A stretch of DNA of 64,000 nucleotides. It comes from an uncultured Bacteroidales bacterium (GTDB lineage Bacteria > Bacteroidota > Bacteroidia > Bacteroidales > JAIOZK01). The notes under the pieces were generated by a model. The model did no database searches. It was not told the DNA's origin and saw only the letters and a list, made by a program, of their open reading frames with translations. Of this stretch, positions 8,332-19,500 are shown one piece after another (position 1 is the first letter of the stretch; the number at the start of each line of letters is the position of its first letter). The position numbers were made by a program, and so were the translations under genes. The stretch spans positions 101,874-165,873 of the forward strand of contig CAYXUU010000003.1 in assembly GCA_964468645.1 (NCBI GenBank), given 5' to 3'.

Positions 8332-11300
8332 ATGGGAATAGAAACTAAAGGATTATTTGTATTGTTAAGACTTACTACAAGTATCATAATCTTAACACTC
8401 TTTTGCCTTAAATTGTATTGCCAGCAAAGTTTTCAGAACACCAGGATATTAGATCCATCCAATCCTGAATATGTTCCAGGAGAAGTGCTTATTAAATTCA
8501 CTGATAATGTTACTGTTAAGGTTAAGTATGAGGCCAATGATCAAATAAAAGTTTCTACTGGGGTTAAAAGTATAGATGAATTCATTCAGGCTAGAAATGT
8601 AATAAATATAAAAAAGGTTTTCAGAGAGACAAAGGAATCTTATCAGCGAAAAGCCGGCAGCTCTCAACGAATAATAATTGATTATAAAGGTAAGCGTTAT
8701 GAAGCACCCAAACTTTATAACATTTATAAAATCAAAATTGGTGATGGCCAGGATGTTAAAGAGATTTCAGGTTTATTATCACAATATCCGGAAATAGAAT
8801 ATGCTGAACCCAATTACCTGGTATATACATCAGATGTTCTGAGAAAAAGCATAGTGCCAAATCTTCTGCCTTATTTAACACGCATACATAATTCGGGAAA
8901 CCGATCTCACAGGGATACTTATCCAAATGATCCCATTTATATGAATGGCAGTCAGGGATACCTTGATGCCATTAATGCCCCTGCTGCCTGGGACACTCTT
9001 ACAGGAGACACGAACCAGGTCATTGGTATTATTGACACCGGCCTGGATTGGGATCATCCGGATCTCGACAATAACATATGGTATAATTATAATGAAATCC
9101 CTGAAAATGGAATTGATGATGATGGCAATGGTTATATAGACGATATCAGGGGATGGGATTTTATTAATCATGATAATGATCCAGATGATGATAATTCTCA
9201 TGGGACACATGTGGCCGGTATAGCGGGTGCAGAGGGTAATAATGAGATTGGAATTACGGGGGTCCTCTGGGATGTTAAGCTTTTGCCGGTAAAGATTCTG
9301 CAAAGTTCCGGAGGTGGCACCTCTGCTGATCTTGCTGTCGGAATTATGTATGCTTCCAATAATGGTGCAACAGTAATTAATATGAGCCTGGGATCTTATG
9401 CTGAATCCCATACCGTTAAATCTGCCCTCGAGAATGCTTATGCAGGTTCAGGCTCAGGTGATGGATCCATACTTGTTGCCGCCGCAGGAAACGACAACTG
9501 GTGTATTTGCAGTGATTGTGGCCTTTGTTTCAGCATGTACCCTGCATGTTATTCTTTTGTAATTGGCGTTATGTCTGCAGATGGGGGATTTTCGAATTTC
9601 GATCCGTCCGGACCTGTTTCATTTACACATGCAGAAGAATATAACTATGAGATCTCAGCCCCGGGATTAAATATTATCAGCACCCTACCTTTTGGATCAT
9701 ATGGCTATTATACAGGAACCTCCATGGCTACACCCATGGTCTCAGCTGCAGTAGCCATAATGAGATCCTATAACCCCCAACAATCAATCGAAAGCATATT
9801 TGCAAAATTAATCCAGGGCTCCAGTAACAATATGCTTGACGTTTATAATAGTCTTGATCCGGTATTAAATCCTTCTTTAATTTTCATTAACTGGACATTT
9901 GCCGATACCATGCCCGATTGCAACAATGATGGTACCATTGATGCAGGTGAAACAATCACTATTTCATTAACAGCGAAAAACTCCGGCGGTTGGGCCGACA
10001 GTGTCAATGCCAGGATTGCCCTTGATCATGCTGCAGATTCAGCATACATAAGAATGGTTGACAGCACATCTTATCTGGGGGATATCTCCTCCTATGCAAC
10101 TGCCACATCAATTGATCCAATAATGGTATATATTGATTCATTAACGCCGCATTCCAGTAAATTACCTTTTAGATTTACAGTTTCTGCTAATAATAGCACT
10201 TCACTCAATGTACATGATTCAATGAATATTCAGAATGGCCAGGAGCTTTCCGGCATTTTGGATTCTACATTCACTTTAACTCCTGATAAATTGTGGTTGG
10301 TCAATCAAAGTTTTAGGATTGAGTCAAATGGGGTATTAATCATTTTACCCGGAACACACCTATTGATAGAGTCTTACTTTGGTATTATCTGCAATGGAAC
10401 TATAACAGGATTTGGCACCATTGATAGTATGATATATATTTACGGGCCGTATGGCATTCGGATAAATAATAATTACTGTTCAGATTTCACTTACACCAGA
10501 TTTGATCATTCAGGCATTGCACATGGGTGTGCAAATTTTCAAAACTGTGTATTCGAAGGATGTATCCCTTTTGGAACAATAAATCTTGAAAATTGTTTGA
10601 TCAAAAACACTGATAATATTAACCGGATTGGGTGGAACGGAACAGTTAAGAAATCAAATTTCATAAATTGCACCGGATCAATCAGTCGTAATGATCAGGC
10701 CTCCCTGAATCATGCTTATAATAACTTTTCGCAAATCACTAATAACGGAGCCTACATGGGTAGCAATAATTTCATAGGGCCAAATAATTTCATTACAAGT
10801 CATGATCAGGATATATGTGCTGCCGCCCGGGGCATTGGCACAATTCAATTACCACCATTATACTGGGGCACTACAGACTCAGTATTAATCGCAGAAAGGA
10901 TTGTTGATTTCTGGGATGATCCTTTATTATACTTCGTGGAATATCAACCTATATTAACCCAGCCTACTGATTCAGCACATGGTATAGTCTGGAAAGTGGA
11001 AATCAATGATATTGATCCTCAGGATGAGTATCTTGATCCATTGGGCAGTGAACAAGTAAAGTTTACAGTTTATTTCAACCGTCCGATGGATACCAGCTAT
11101 ACGCCATTATTAACCTTCAGTGCATGGAAGCCATATACGCATCATACTGTCAATGATTCTGCCAGTTGGAGTGGCGATTCTTTATCCTGGACAGCTTATC
11201 ATACAATCACTCAGGAAACTGGTGATGGTATCAATGTAATTAAAGTGTCAGGTGCCAGAGATGATGAAGGTTGGCTAATTCCACCCGAATATAACGGAAG

Positions 11301-12507
11301 GTTTAAATTCATTATACAGGCAGCTTCCTCTTCAGCAATAAGCTTTACTGCAATCGCGGGTCTTGACAAGGTCATGCTGGAATGGCCAAATGCTACAACA
11401 CCCGATATCATGGGATATAATATGTATCGTTATTATATGTTAAATGATACACTAACGTCCGATACGACCAGAATTAATTCTAACCTTATCATTGACTCAT
11501 GTTACACAGATGAGTCAGTTAATTCCGGTACAACTTACTATTATCTATATGCTATTGTTGGAACAGATTTAATAGAGAGCGACTATTCCAAAATAGTATC
11601 TGCCACACCCTTTGCTACGGTTAATGGTGATGCCAATGGTGATTTGTCTGTTAATGTTTTGGATATAACCACCCTGGTTTCATATCTGTTAAATCAAAAT
11701 CCTGATCCTTTTGTGGAATATGCTGCTGATGTAAATGACGACCAGGAGATCAATATTCTGGATATCATAGGAATGGTTCAATTGATAAATGAGAATAAAT
11801 CAACAGTTGGTGTATCTCTGCCAAACATAAATAATGTATTGGCTTATTATAAAATTGAAGATAATATGCTGATTTTGGAGAGTGACGGGAATATTGCCGG
11901 TTTACAGTTTGAGCTGGCAATTAGCAGTTCACAAATGGTAGAAGGCAACCTCCAACAGTTAAAAATCTTTAGCCTCCGGAACGGTTTCGAGTTTGCATAC
12001 GCCCCCACAGGAGATAAAATCACAGGGATCCTTTACAGCATGACTCAACAGCACATCCGCGAAGGGAGAATAGATCTGTTCAGGTTTGAAGGTCTTGATA
12101 TTACAAACATTGAAGTTATCAGTATATTCGGAGGAAACTTAAATGGGTATAAGGTGCCTGTTTATAAAATTGATGAGGTTGAAGCTTCCTCAGCAACTGA
12201 TGGTTTTAATCTAAAAGTCCAGCCCAACCCGGTAAGAGAGTTGGCCGTTATCAGTTGGCATCTTGCAATAGATGCAAAGGTAATTATCTCTATCTATGAT
12301 TTAAAGGGGAGAAAAATTGAAAACATCATAAACAAAAACCAATCATCCGGAAGTTATCAAATAAGCTGGGGACCAAATCAAAACCCAGAACACAAAACAC
12401 GAAACTCAGAAATAACGTCCGGCATCTATATCTGCCACCTCGAAGCCATGCCAATGGATGGAAGCAATGCAATATCAAAAGATATTAAAATTGTAATCAC
12501 AAATTGA
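8332..12507 (+). CDS. S8 family subtilisin-like peptidase with dockerin segment and T9SS C-terminal domain (paralog 1)
   Basis: 1391-aa ORF with a signal peptide and a propeptide-like N-terminus (AEPNYLVY). Triad motifs are IIDTGLDWDHPDL, HGTHVAGIAG and GTSMATPMVS, with a Ca-loop insert NGIDDDGNGYIDDIRGWDF. It also has an FN3-like module, a dockerin (GDANGDLSVNVLD...ADVNDDQEINILD) and a Por-type CTD (LKVQPNPVRE...IYICHLEA...KIVITN). Confidence 0.9.
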   Translation: MGIETKGLFVLLRLTTSIIILTLFCLKLYCQQSFQNTRILDPSNPEYVPGEVLIKFTDNVTVKVKYEANDQIKVSTGVKSIDEFIQARNVINIKKVFRETKESYQRKAGSSQRIIIDYKGKRYEAPKLYNIYKIKIGDGQDVKEISGLLSQYPEIEYAEPNYLVYTSDVLRKSIVPNLLPYLTRIHNSGNRSHRDTYPNDPIYMNGSQGYLDAINAPAAWDTLTGDTNQVIGIIDTGLDWDHPDLDNNIWYNYNEIPENGIDDDGNGYIDDIRGWDFINHDNDPDDDNSHGTHVAGIAGAEGNNEIGITGVLWDVKLLPVKILQSSGGGTSADLAVGIMYASNNGATVINMSLGSYAESHTVKSALENAYAGSGSGDGSILVAAAGNDNWCICSDCGLCFSMYPACYSFVIGVMSADGGFSNFDPSGPVSFTHAEEYNYEISAPGLNIISTLPFGSYGYYTGTSMATPMVSAAVAIMRSYNPQQSIESIFAKLIQGSSNNMLDVYNSLDPVLNPSLIFINWTFADTMPDCNNDGTIDAGETITISLTAKNSGGWADSVNARIALDHAADSAYIRMVDSTSYLGDISSYATATSIDPIMVYIDSLTPHSSKLPFRFTVSANNSTSLNVHDSMNIQNGQELSGILDSTFTLTPDKLWLVNQSFRIESNGVLIILPGTHLLIESYFGIICNGTITGFGTIDSMIYIYGPYGIRINNNYCSDFTYTRFDHSGIAHGCANFQNCVFEGCIPFGTINLENCLIKNTDNINRIGWNGTVKKSNFINCTGSISRNDQASLNHAYNNFSQITNNGAYMGSNNFIGPNNFITSHDQDICAAARGIGTIQLPPLYWGTTDSVLIAERIVDFWDDPLLYFVEYQPILTQPTDSAHGIVWKVEINDIDPQDEYLDPLGSEQVKFTVYFNRPMDTSYTPLLTFSAWKPYTHHTVNDSASWSGDSLSWTAYHTITQETGDGINVIKVSGARDDEGWLIPPEYNGRFKFIIQAASSSAISFTAIAGLDKVMLEWPNATTPDIMGYNMYRYYMLNDTLTSDTTRINSNLIIDSCYTDESVNSGTTYYYLYAIVGTDLIESDYSKIVSATPFATVNGDANGDLSVNVLDITTLVSYLLNQNPDPFVEYAADVNDDQEINILDIIGMVQLINENKSTVGVSLPNINNVLAYYKIEDNMLILESDGNIAGLQFELAISSSQMVEGNLQQLKIFSLRNGFEFAYAPTGDKITGILYSMTQQHIREGRIDLFRFEGLDITNIEVISIFGGNLNGYKVPVYKIDEVEASSATDGFNLKVQPNPVRELAVISWHLAIDAKVIISIYDLKGRKIENIINKNQSSGSYQISWGPNQNPEHKTRNSEITSGIYICHLEAMPMDGSNAISKDIKIVITN
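11620..11787 (+). other. dockerin-like duplicated Ca-binding segment in protease 1
   Basis: VNGDANGDLSVNVLDITTLVSYLLNQNPDPFVEYAADVNDDQEINILDIIGMVQLI contains two 12-residue loops with D1-N3-D5-D12 spacing, each followed by a helix. Confidence 0.8.
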
Positions 12508-12533
12508 TTTGCCGGTTATGATACAATAACATA

Positions 12534-15500
12534 ATGAAACCATATAATATCATAATACTCATTATAGGAATTCTGTTTTTAAAATCAGTAGAATTATTGG
12601 GTCAATATGGCTTCATGGACCCCCTTGCTATAGATCCTTTCCATCCTGAATATGTAAATGGTGAAGTACTGGTTAAATTTAAAGATAAAATACAGGTTGA
12701 GATTGACAACAAGGATTTGGTAAGGGTAAGCACCGGTATTAAAAGTATAGATGCCTTCTTAACCAAAAATAAGGTCTGTGATATCAGGAAAGTATTCCCC
12801 AATACAAGCCACTCTCAACAAGAAACTCTTTACATGAATGACTTCACAGGTATGCGGTACAAAGTGCCTAAACTCCATAACATTTATAAACTGATTTTTG
12901 AGGAAACGAAGGATGCTAAACAAATGGCGGAATGGCTTTCGCAAGAGCCTGCAGTAGACTATGCAGAACCCAATTATTACATCCACTCAACAATTACAAT
13001 ACCTAATGATGCTTTGTATCAAAGTGGTGAGCAATGGTACCTGGATGAAATACAGGCCCCATATGCATGGGATTCGGTTAGTGGCGACACATCTCAAATT
13101 ATAGGAATTATAGATACCGGTATCGATTGGGACCACCCTGACCTGGATGGCAATATCTGGAACAATTGTGATGAAATTCCAGGTAACGGAATTGATGATG
13201 ACGGTAACGGATTTATCGATGACATCAGGGGATGGGATTTCTTTAACAATGATAATAATCCTGATGATGATAACGGACATGGAACCCATGTTGCCGGAAT
13301 TTCAGGTGCTGAAACAAATAACTACATTGGAATTGCCGGAGTATGCTGGAATTGCCGGTTGATGCCTTTAAAAGTACTTTCCGGAACAGGACAGGGGAAT
13401 ATGGCTGATCTTGCTCTTGCAATTAATTATGCATCCAGCAATGGGGTTACAGTTATCAATATGAGCCTTGGGGCTTACGCGGAATCTTTAACGGTTAAAG
13501 CTGCACTTGAAAATGCATATAATAACTGTATTCTTGTTGCTGCTGCCGGAAATGATCATTATAAGATAGATACAATAACTCCTCCCCAAAACACCTATGC
13601 ACCACATTTCCCATCCTGTTATTCTTTTGTGATCGGTGTTGAAGCATCAACCTCTGCAGGTCAGCTTGCAGGTTTTTCAAATTTTGATCCATCCGGCTTT
13701 GTCTATTCAAAAAATCCATTGGGATATAATTATGAAATCCGGGCTCCCGGAGTAAATATTTTCAGTACATTCCCAGATGGTGGTTATTTTTCACTGACAG
13801 GTACATCCATGGCATCACCAGTTGTAGCGGGTGCCGTTGCATTGCTGAAATCGTTTATCCCGGATATCAGTAATGAAGATGTTTTTGCACGAATAGTTCA
13901 GTTTTCCCAGAATAGTATTTTAAATCTTCCAAATCTGTTAAATTCCACACTTGGTAATGACCTGGTTTACACTGATTACATGCTGGTGGATACTACAGCA
14001 GGGGCTGATAATGACGGCTATCCCGATGCCGGAGAAACTGTGGATATATGGTTTACAATCAAAAATGCCGGAGGTTATGCCGATAGTGTTTGGACCACTA
14101 TCAGCCTGAATTATACAGGGGACACGTCACTGGTGGCAATAACTGATAGTCTTAGTTACATAGGCAATCTCGATAGTGCCTCCTATAACAATAACATTCC
14201 GGCCTATACCACCATGACCGGAGAGGAGGATCCATTCCGGATTACCCTGAAACCTGGAATTTTACATGGTAAAATAATCATTTTTAATTATCAGCTAGGA
14301 TCCAAGAACGGTTTAACCAAGAGTGGTAATTTTTCAATAACCATTCAGAGCGGGAAAGAACTCAGTGGCCTTCTCGATACCACTTATACCATCACACCTG
14401 ATAAGTTATGGGTTATCAATAAAAGTTTCAGGATTGCCCCATCCGGTGTGCTTAATATTTTACCCGGCACACACCTGAAAATTGAAAAACCATTATATAA
14501 TAATGGAATTATTTATGGTTATGGAAATAAAGACAGCATGATAACCATTGAAGGGCCCCAAGCAATAACGGAGCAAGGACATGCATATTTTTCTTACACT
14601 GTTTTTACAGGGATGACCAACCCGATCAGATATCAAAACCTGACACTCCAGAAATGTTCCTTTCGTAATATCAATACCAATGCTTTATTACATTGTGAAT
14701 TAGATCTGACAGATTGTTATTTTGCCCCTGATGTTGCAGATGCTGTTTCGTGGGGAGGGGGAACAGCCAGGCGTTGCATCCTCGATAATTGTGGAGGAGG
14801 ATTTAATAGTGGAAATTATCAGCTTTATTACAATAACTTTTCAGGTGATCTGCATGTTTCCAAATGTAATCTGACAGGCAATAATTTTGCCGCCGGCAAA
14901 ACGAATGTAGTCTACACAACGCAAACGGCTGAATATGATTACGTTTTAAATCAATATTGGGGCACCACCGATTCAGCCACAATTGATGGAATGATATGGG
15001 ATTTCTGGGACAACCCTACCCTTGCACAGGTGATCTTTCAACCTATGTTATCCAGGCCATCTGATTCTGCACATGGGTTTCTGTGGAAAGTATTAGTCAA
15101 TGGTAAAAATCCACAGGTAGAATATCTTGACCCTGTTGGTGTTGAAAGGGTGAAATTCGAAGCAGTTTTCAGTAAACCGGTAGATACAACTTTTACACCC
15201 CTACTTTCATTTGGTGTCATAGCTCCTTATACGCAACATATCGTAGCTGAAGATTCATATTGGAGCACTGATTCATCCATATGGACAGCGTTTTACGATA
15301 TTGATCTTGAAACAGGAGACGGCATCAATTCCATCAGAATTTCGGGCGCAATAGACACTGCCGGACTTCCGGTTCCAACCGAGAATAATGAAAGGTTTCA
15401 ATTTATTATTCAGGCAGCCTCATCAACTGCCACACAGTTCCTCGCAATACCAGGTATCGGTAAAGTTTACCTTGAATGGCCTTATGAGCAAACTGATGAT

Positions 15501-16544
15501 TTTCTTGGATTTAACATGTACAGGTTTGCAATGCTAAACGATTCAGTTAGTACCGATACTTCCAGGATCAACAATGAGTTGATCTCCGATTCAACCTTTG
15601 TTGATTATGATGTCGTACCTGACTCAACCTATTATTATTGCTATAAAATTATGGGTACCGATTTGCAGGAAACCGGCTTCTCGGAGATAATTTCAGTTAC
15701 ACCTCTTTCAACTGCCAATGGAGATGCAAATGGAGATCAACAGGTAAATGTTCTCGATATTACATCCATTATTTCATATATACTGGAACAAGAACCAGTA
15801 CCTTTTGTTTTTGAAGCAGCAGATATGAATTATGATGGATCTATCAACATTCTGGATGTTGTGAACCTGGTTAACCTGATTCAAAACCTGGATTATGGTT
15901 ATCCTGAAAAACATGCCCCCGCTTATGTTGACTTTTCCGGTAATGAACTCTTGCTTTTTACTAACACAGAGCTCTCGGCCGTTCAATTCAGGCTTACAGG
16001 TTCTGGGCTTGACGAAGCAAAACTTTCAGGACAAATTCCTGGGTTTGAGTTTTCCTATCATGCAACAGATGATAATATTGTGGGTTTATTGTATAGTTTC
16101 AATAACAATATCATTCATGATGATACTGTTGGTCTCTTTTACATTGAATCAGGGGAAGGCTCCATCGAACACATACAAATATTGGGCTCTGACCCATATG
16201 GTAATCCAGTATATTTTAAGAAATACACTTCAAAATATTTGGCCTTGCATGATGAACTGGGTTACAAATTCTATCCTAACCCAATTTCTTCATCTTCAAC
16301 TTTAAGTATTAAAATTCCTGAATCCTTAATTCTGTGTGTTACATTATATGATATGAAAGGTCAAAAGATTTTTGAAAAAAATGATTGGATATCCAATCCT
16401 GCAACTTATGAATACCAGGTTCAAAATATTACCGAAAATGGCAGGAGACTTTTACCCGGGCTGTACTATTTGGAATTAAAAGGGATACCTCATAATAAAG
16501 ACAGAAAAATATTGAGGTCTGTATGTAACGTTATCGTGTTATAA
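12534..16544 (+). CDS. S8 family subtilisin-like peptidase with dockerin segment and T9SS C-terminal domain (paralog 2)
   Basis: 1336-aa ORF starting 26 bp after paralog 1. Triad motifs are IIDTGIDWDHPDL, HGTHVAGISG and GTSMASPVVAG. The dockerin is GDANGDQQVNVLD...ADMNYDGSINILD, and the CTD ends LYYLELKG...VCNVIVL. Confidence 0.9.
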   Translation: MKPYNIIILIIGILFLKSVELLGQYGFMDPLAIDPFHPEYVNGEVLVKFKDKIQVEIDNKDLVRVSTGIKSIDAFLTKNKVCDIRKVFPNTSHSQQETLYMNDFTGMRYKVPKLHNIYKLIFEETKDAKQMAEWLSQEPAVDYAEPNYYIHSTITIPNDALYQSGEQWYLDEIQAPYAWDSVSGDTSQIIGIIDTGIDWDHPDLDGNIWNNCDEIPGNGIDDDGNGFIDDIRGWDFFNNDNNPDDDNGHGTHVAGISGAETNNYIGIAGVCWNCRLMPLKVLSGTGQGNMADLALAINYASSNGVTVINMSLGAYAESLTVKAALENAYNNCILVAAAGNDHYKIDTITPPQNTYAPHFPSCYSFVIGVEASTSAGQLAGFSNFDPSGFVYSKNPLGYNYEIRAPGVNIFSTFPDGGYFSLTGTSMASPVVAGAVALLKSFIPDISNEDVFARIVQFSQNSILNLPNLLNSTLGNDLVYTDYMLVDTTAGADNDGYPDAGETVDIWFTIKNAGGYADSVWTTISLNYTGDTSLVAITDSLSYIGNLDSASYNNNIPAYTTMTGEEDPFRITLKPGILHGKIIIFNYQLGSKNGLTKSGNFSITIQSGKELSGLLDTTYTITPDKLWVINKSFRIAPSGVLNILPGTHLKIEKPLYNNGIIYGYGNKDSMITIEGPQAITEQGHAYFSYTVFTGMTNPIRYQNLTLQKCSFRNINTNALLHCELDLTDCYFAPDVADAVSWGGGTARRCILDNCGGGFNSGNYQLYYNNFSGDLHVSKCNLTGNNFAAGKTNVVYTTQTAEYDYVLNQYWGTTDSATIDGMIWDFWDNPTLAQVIFQPMLSRPSDSAHGFLWKVLVNGKNPQVEYLDPVGVERVKFEAVFSKPVDTTFTPLLSFGVIAPYTQHIVAEDSYWSTDSSIWTAFYDIDLETGDGINSIRISGAIDTAGLPVPTENNERFQFIIQAASSTATQFLAIPGIGKVYLEWPYEQTDDFLGFNMYRFAMLNDSVSTDTSRINNELISDSTFVDYDVVPDSTYYYCYKIMGTDLQETGFSEIISVTPLSTANGDANGDQQVNVLDITSIISYILEQEPVPFVFEAADMNYDGSINILDVVNLVNLIQNLDYGYPEKHAPAYVDFSGNELLLFTNTELSAVQFRLTGSGLDEAKLSGQIPGFEFSYHATDDNIVGLLYSFNNNIIHDDTVGLFYIESGEGSIEHIQILGSDPYGNPVYFKKYTSKYLALHDELGYKFYPNPISSSSTLSIKIPESLILCVTLYDMKGQKIFEKNDWISNPATYEYQVQNITENGRRLLPGLYYLELKGIPHNKDRKILRSVCNVIVL
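15714..15881 (+). other. dockerin-like segment in protease 2
   Basis: ANGDANGDQQVNVLDITSIISYILEQEPVPFVFEAADMNYDGSINILDVVNLVNLI. Confidence 0.8.
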
Positions 16545-16553
16545 ATCAAATTT

Positions 16554-19500
16554 ATGAAAAGATTATTAATACTTGTTCTGGTTTTTTATTCTTTTTGTGT
16601 TCACCCGCAAAACCAGCAGGTATATGAACTTTCATCTTCAAACGATATGGATCCTGAAAATCCTGGGTTTATCCAGGATGAAGTGATTATTAAGTTTAAA
16701 GATCATGTCATACCGGAAATCGATATCAATGACGGATCGGTGCATACCAGCATACGTTCCCTTGATGATTTATTTATTCAATATCGCATCACAAAAGCAG
16801 AAAAGGTGTTCCCTGCCATGTCTGGAAAGAATAAGACATTTTATATAAAGATACAGGGTGAAACCACGAAGCTTGATCCATTATATAATATATATAAATT
16901 CAAGTTTGATAAATCTTCAAATGTGGAATATCTGGCAGTTGTTTTAGGTAAAGATCCAAATATTGATTATGCCGAACCCAATTACATCGTTTATTCTATT
17001 GAAACTTATCCCAACGACCCTATTTATATTACGGGTGCCCAATGGCATATTGATTCTATTAATGCTCCAAAAGCATACGACCTGACCACCTCAGATACAA
17101 ACCAGATCATTGCAATACTTGATACGGGAATAGATTGGGATCACCCGGATCTCACCGGTAATATCTGGTATAATTATTCAGAAATACCAGGTAATGGAAT
17201 TGATGATGATCTCAACGGATATATAGATGATATTCGTGGATGGGATTTTGTTAATCTTGATAATAATCCGGATGATGATAATAGTCATGGCACTCATGTT
17301 GCAGGCATCGCAGCTGCTGTCACCAATAATTCACTTGGTGTGGCAGGAATTGCCTGGAACGCCAGGTTAATGCCAGTTAAAATGCTACAAAGCACCGGCC
17401 AGGGTAATTCAGCAGATTTTGCCTCAGCTATTTTCTATGCCTATCAAAATGGCGCAACTGTAATCAATATGAGTGTCGGAAGTTATGGTGAATCCCTGAC
17501 TGTAAAAAATGCACTGGAATATGCTTACAGCACATCGATGCTGGTGGCCGCAGCAGGGAATAATTTTTACAACCTGGATCTTGCCCCGATGTATCCGGCC
17601 TGTTATTCTTTTGTTATTGGCGTTGAAGCAACCGATTATTACGGAGATCTGGCATTATTTTCAAATTTCGATATTGATGGCCCATATGCCAGTATTCATA
17701 GTGATTTGCTGAATTACGAAATCAGGGCTCCGGGGTATGGCATTTATAGCACATTCCCCAACGGTAATTATCATGCGTTAAGTGGTACCTCAATGTCAAC
17801 TCCAATTATATCCGGTGCGATCGCCCTGATGAAAAGCTACTACAGTGTCATCTCTCATGAACAAATCTTTGTACGCTTGATACAGGGAACAGATAATAGC
17901 CTGCTTGATATTTATAACTCATTGGTGTTAAGCCCGGCACCGGAACTAACCTGCTTGAAAACTTCAATCATTGATACCCTTTCCGGTTGTGACAATGATG
18001 GAATAGCTGATGCCGGAGAAACCATCCTGCTTAATTTCGACATTAAAAATTATGGAGGGTATGCCGATTCCGTATGGGCCAGGCTCAGATTTGGTCAATA
18101 CGAAGATACCACCGTTGCTACGATCATTGACAGCTTATCAAATGTTGGTGATATATCAGCTTATGCTTCACTGGGTAATGAACAGGATCCCTTCAGTATT
18201 AAAATCAAAAAGGGGATTGCACATAACAGGGATATAGTATTTGAGTATATAATTTCAGCTTCCAACACTGATACAATTACTCAACCAATTATTATCAATG
18301 TTCAAAACGCGAAAGAATTGCTTGGTGTGATGGATTCGACCATGTATCTGACACCAGATAAACTCTGGCTTGTTAATGGTAGCTTTCGCGTAGGATCAAA
18401 CGGACATCTGATCATGCTGCCTGGAACAAATATCATTTTAAATGCACCTGTAGTTAATTGGGGTCATGTGCAGGGACATGGTACACCTGACAGCATGATC
18501 AATGTATACGGCCCGTCGGTATTTGATATAGGATATTATGATTTATCTTATGTTCACAGTTATCCTGGTAGCACCAAACCTGAGGCTATCACTTATGAAC
18601 AAACATCCAGCTTTGCAATTCAGAAAGCACAATGCTATGTGAGCAATTGTATTTTTGATGGTGCAGTAAATTTTTATCTGCATAACGCATATTGCCAGGA
18701 CTGTATTTTCAAGAACTGTGGACTGAACAACTGGAGTACCGATACCATAACCCGGTGTAATTTTTATAATATCGGCTATGGCCTGCGATTGTTTTCAGGT
18801 TCAGAATATGTTTCATATTGCACATTTTCAAATATCCATAACAACAATATTATTTATGGTGGCAACAAGTTTTATAAAAACAATTTTATAACAAACCTGA
18901 GCACAACCAGCTATTACGGATACAATGGAGGCACCTATTACCAGATACCTCCTCAATACTGGGGAACTTCTGACACATCCATCATTGATCAAATGATCAT
19001 AGATTTTTATGACAATTTTCCCAATTATGCAATTGTGTTGTACCAGCCAATTTTAACAACACCATCAGATTCCGCCCATGGGTTCGCCTGGAAAATACAT
19101 ATCAACGACCTGAACCCACAGAATAACAACCTAGATCCACTCGGTGTGGAAACAGCCAAGTTCGATGTATTTTTTAACCGACCGATGGATACCTTAACAG
19201 ACCCCCAATTGAGTTTTGGAGTAAGATCCCCTTATAACCAGCACATTGTTAGCAGAAATTCCTCATGGAGCATAGATTCGATGATATGGACAGCCTATTA
19301 CGACATCAACCTGGAAACCGGTGATGGATTGAATTATTTGCGTGTTCAGGATGCTGTAGACGATGAGGGCCTTGAAATTCCAGTTGAGGACAATAAGCGG
19401 TTCTTCTTTACAATACAGGCAGCCGGAGCACAGAGTATAAGCTTTACCGCCAGTGCAGGTATTGGCCGGTCAGAATTAAACTGGGAAAAGGCAAACACAA

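Noticed and set aside
8875-9411. Many antisense or off-frame ORFs of 60-180 aa lie inside the large genes. Examples are 2018..2203, 2537..2935, 8875..9411, 12987..13289, 21216..21569, 36657..37169, 37188..37733, 52060..52425, 53275..53826 and 56361..56699.
   Set aside because: They lie wholly within long ORFs that have strong family motifs. Their products are low-complexity, mirror the codon structure of the real gene, and show no recognisable motifs. I treat them as shadow ORFs.
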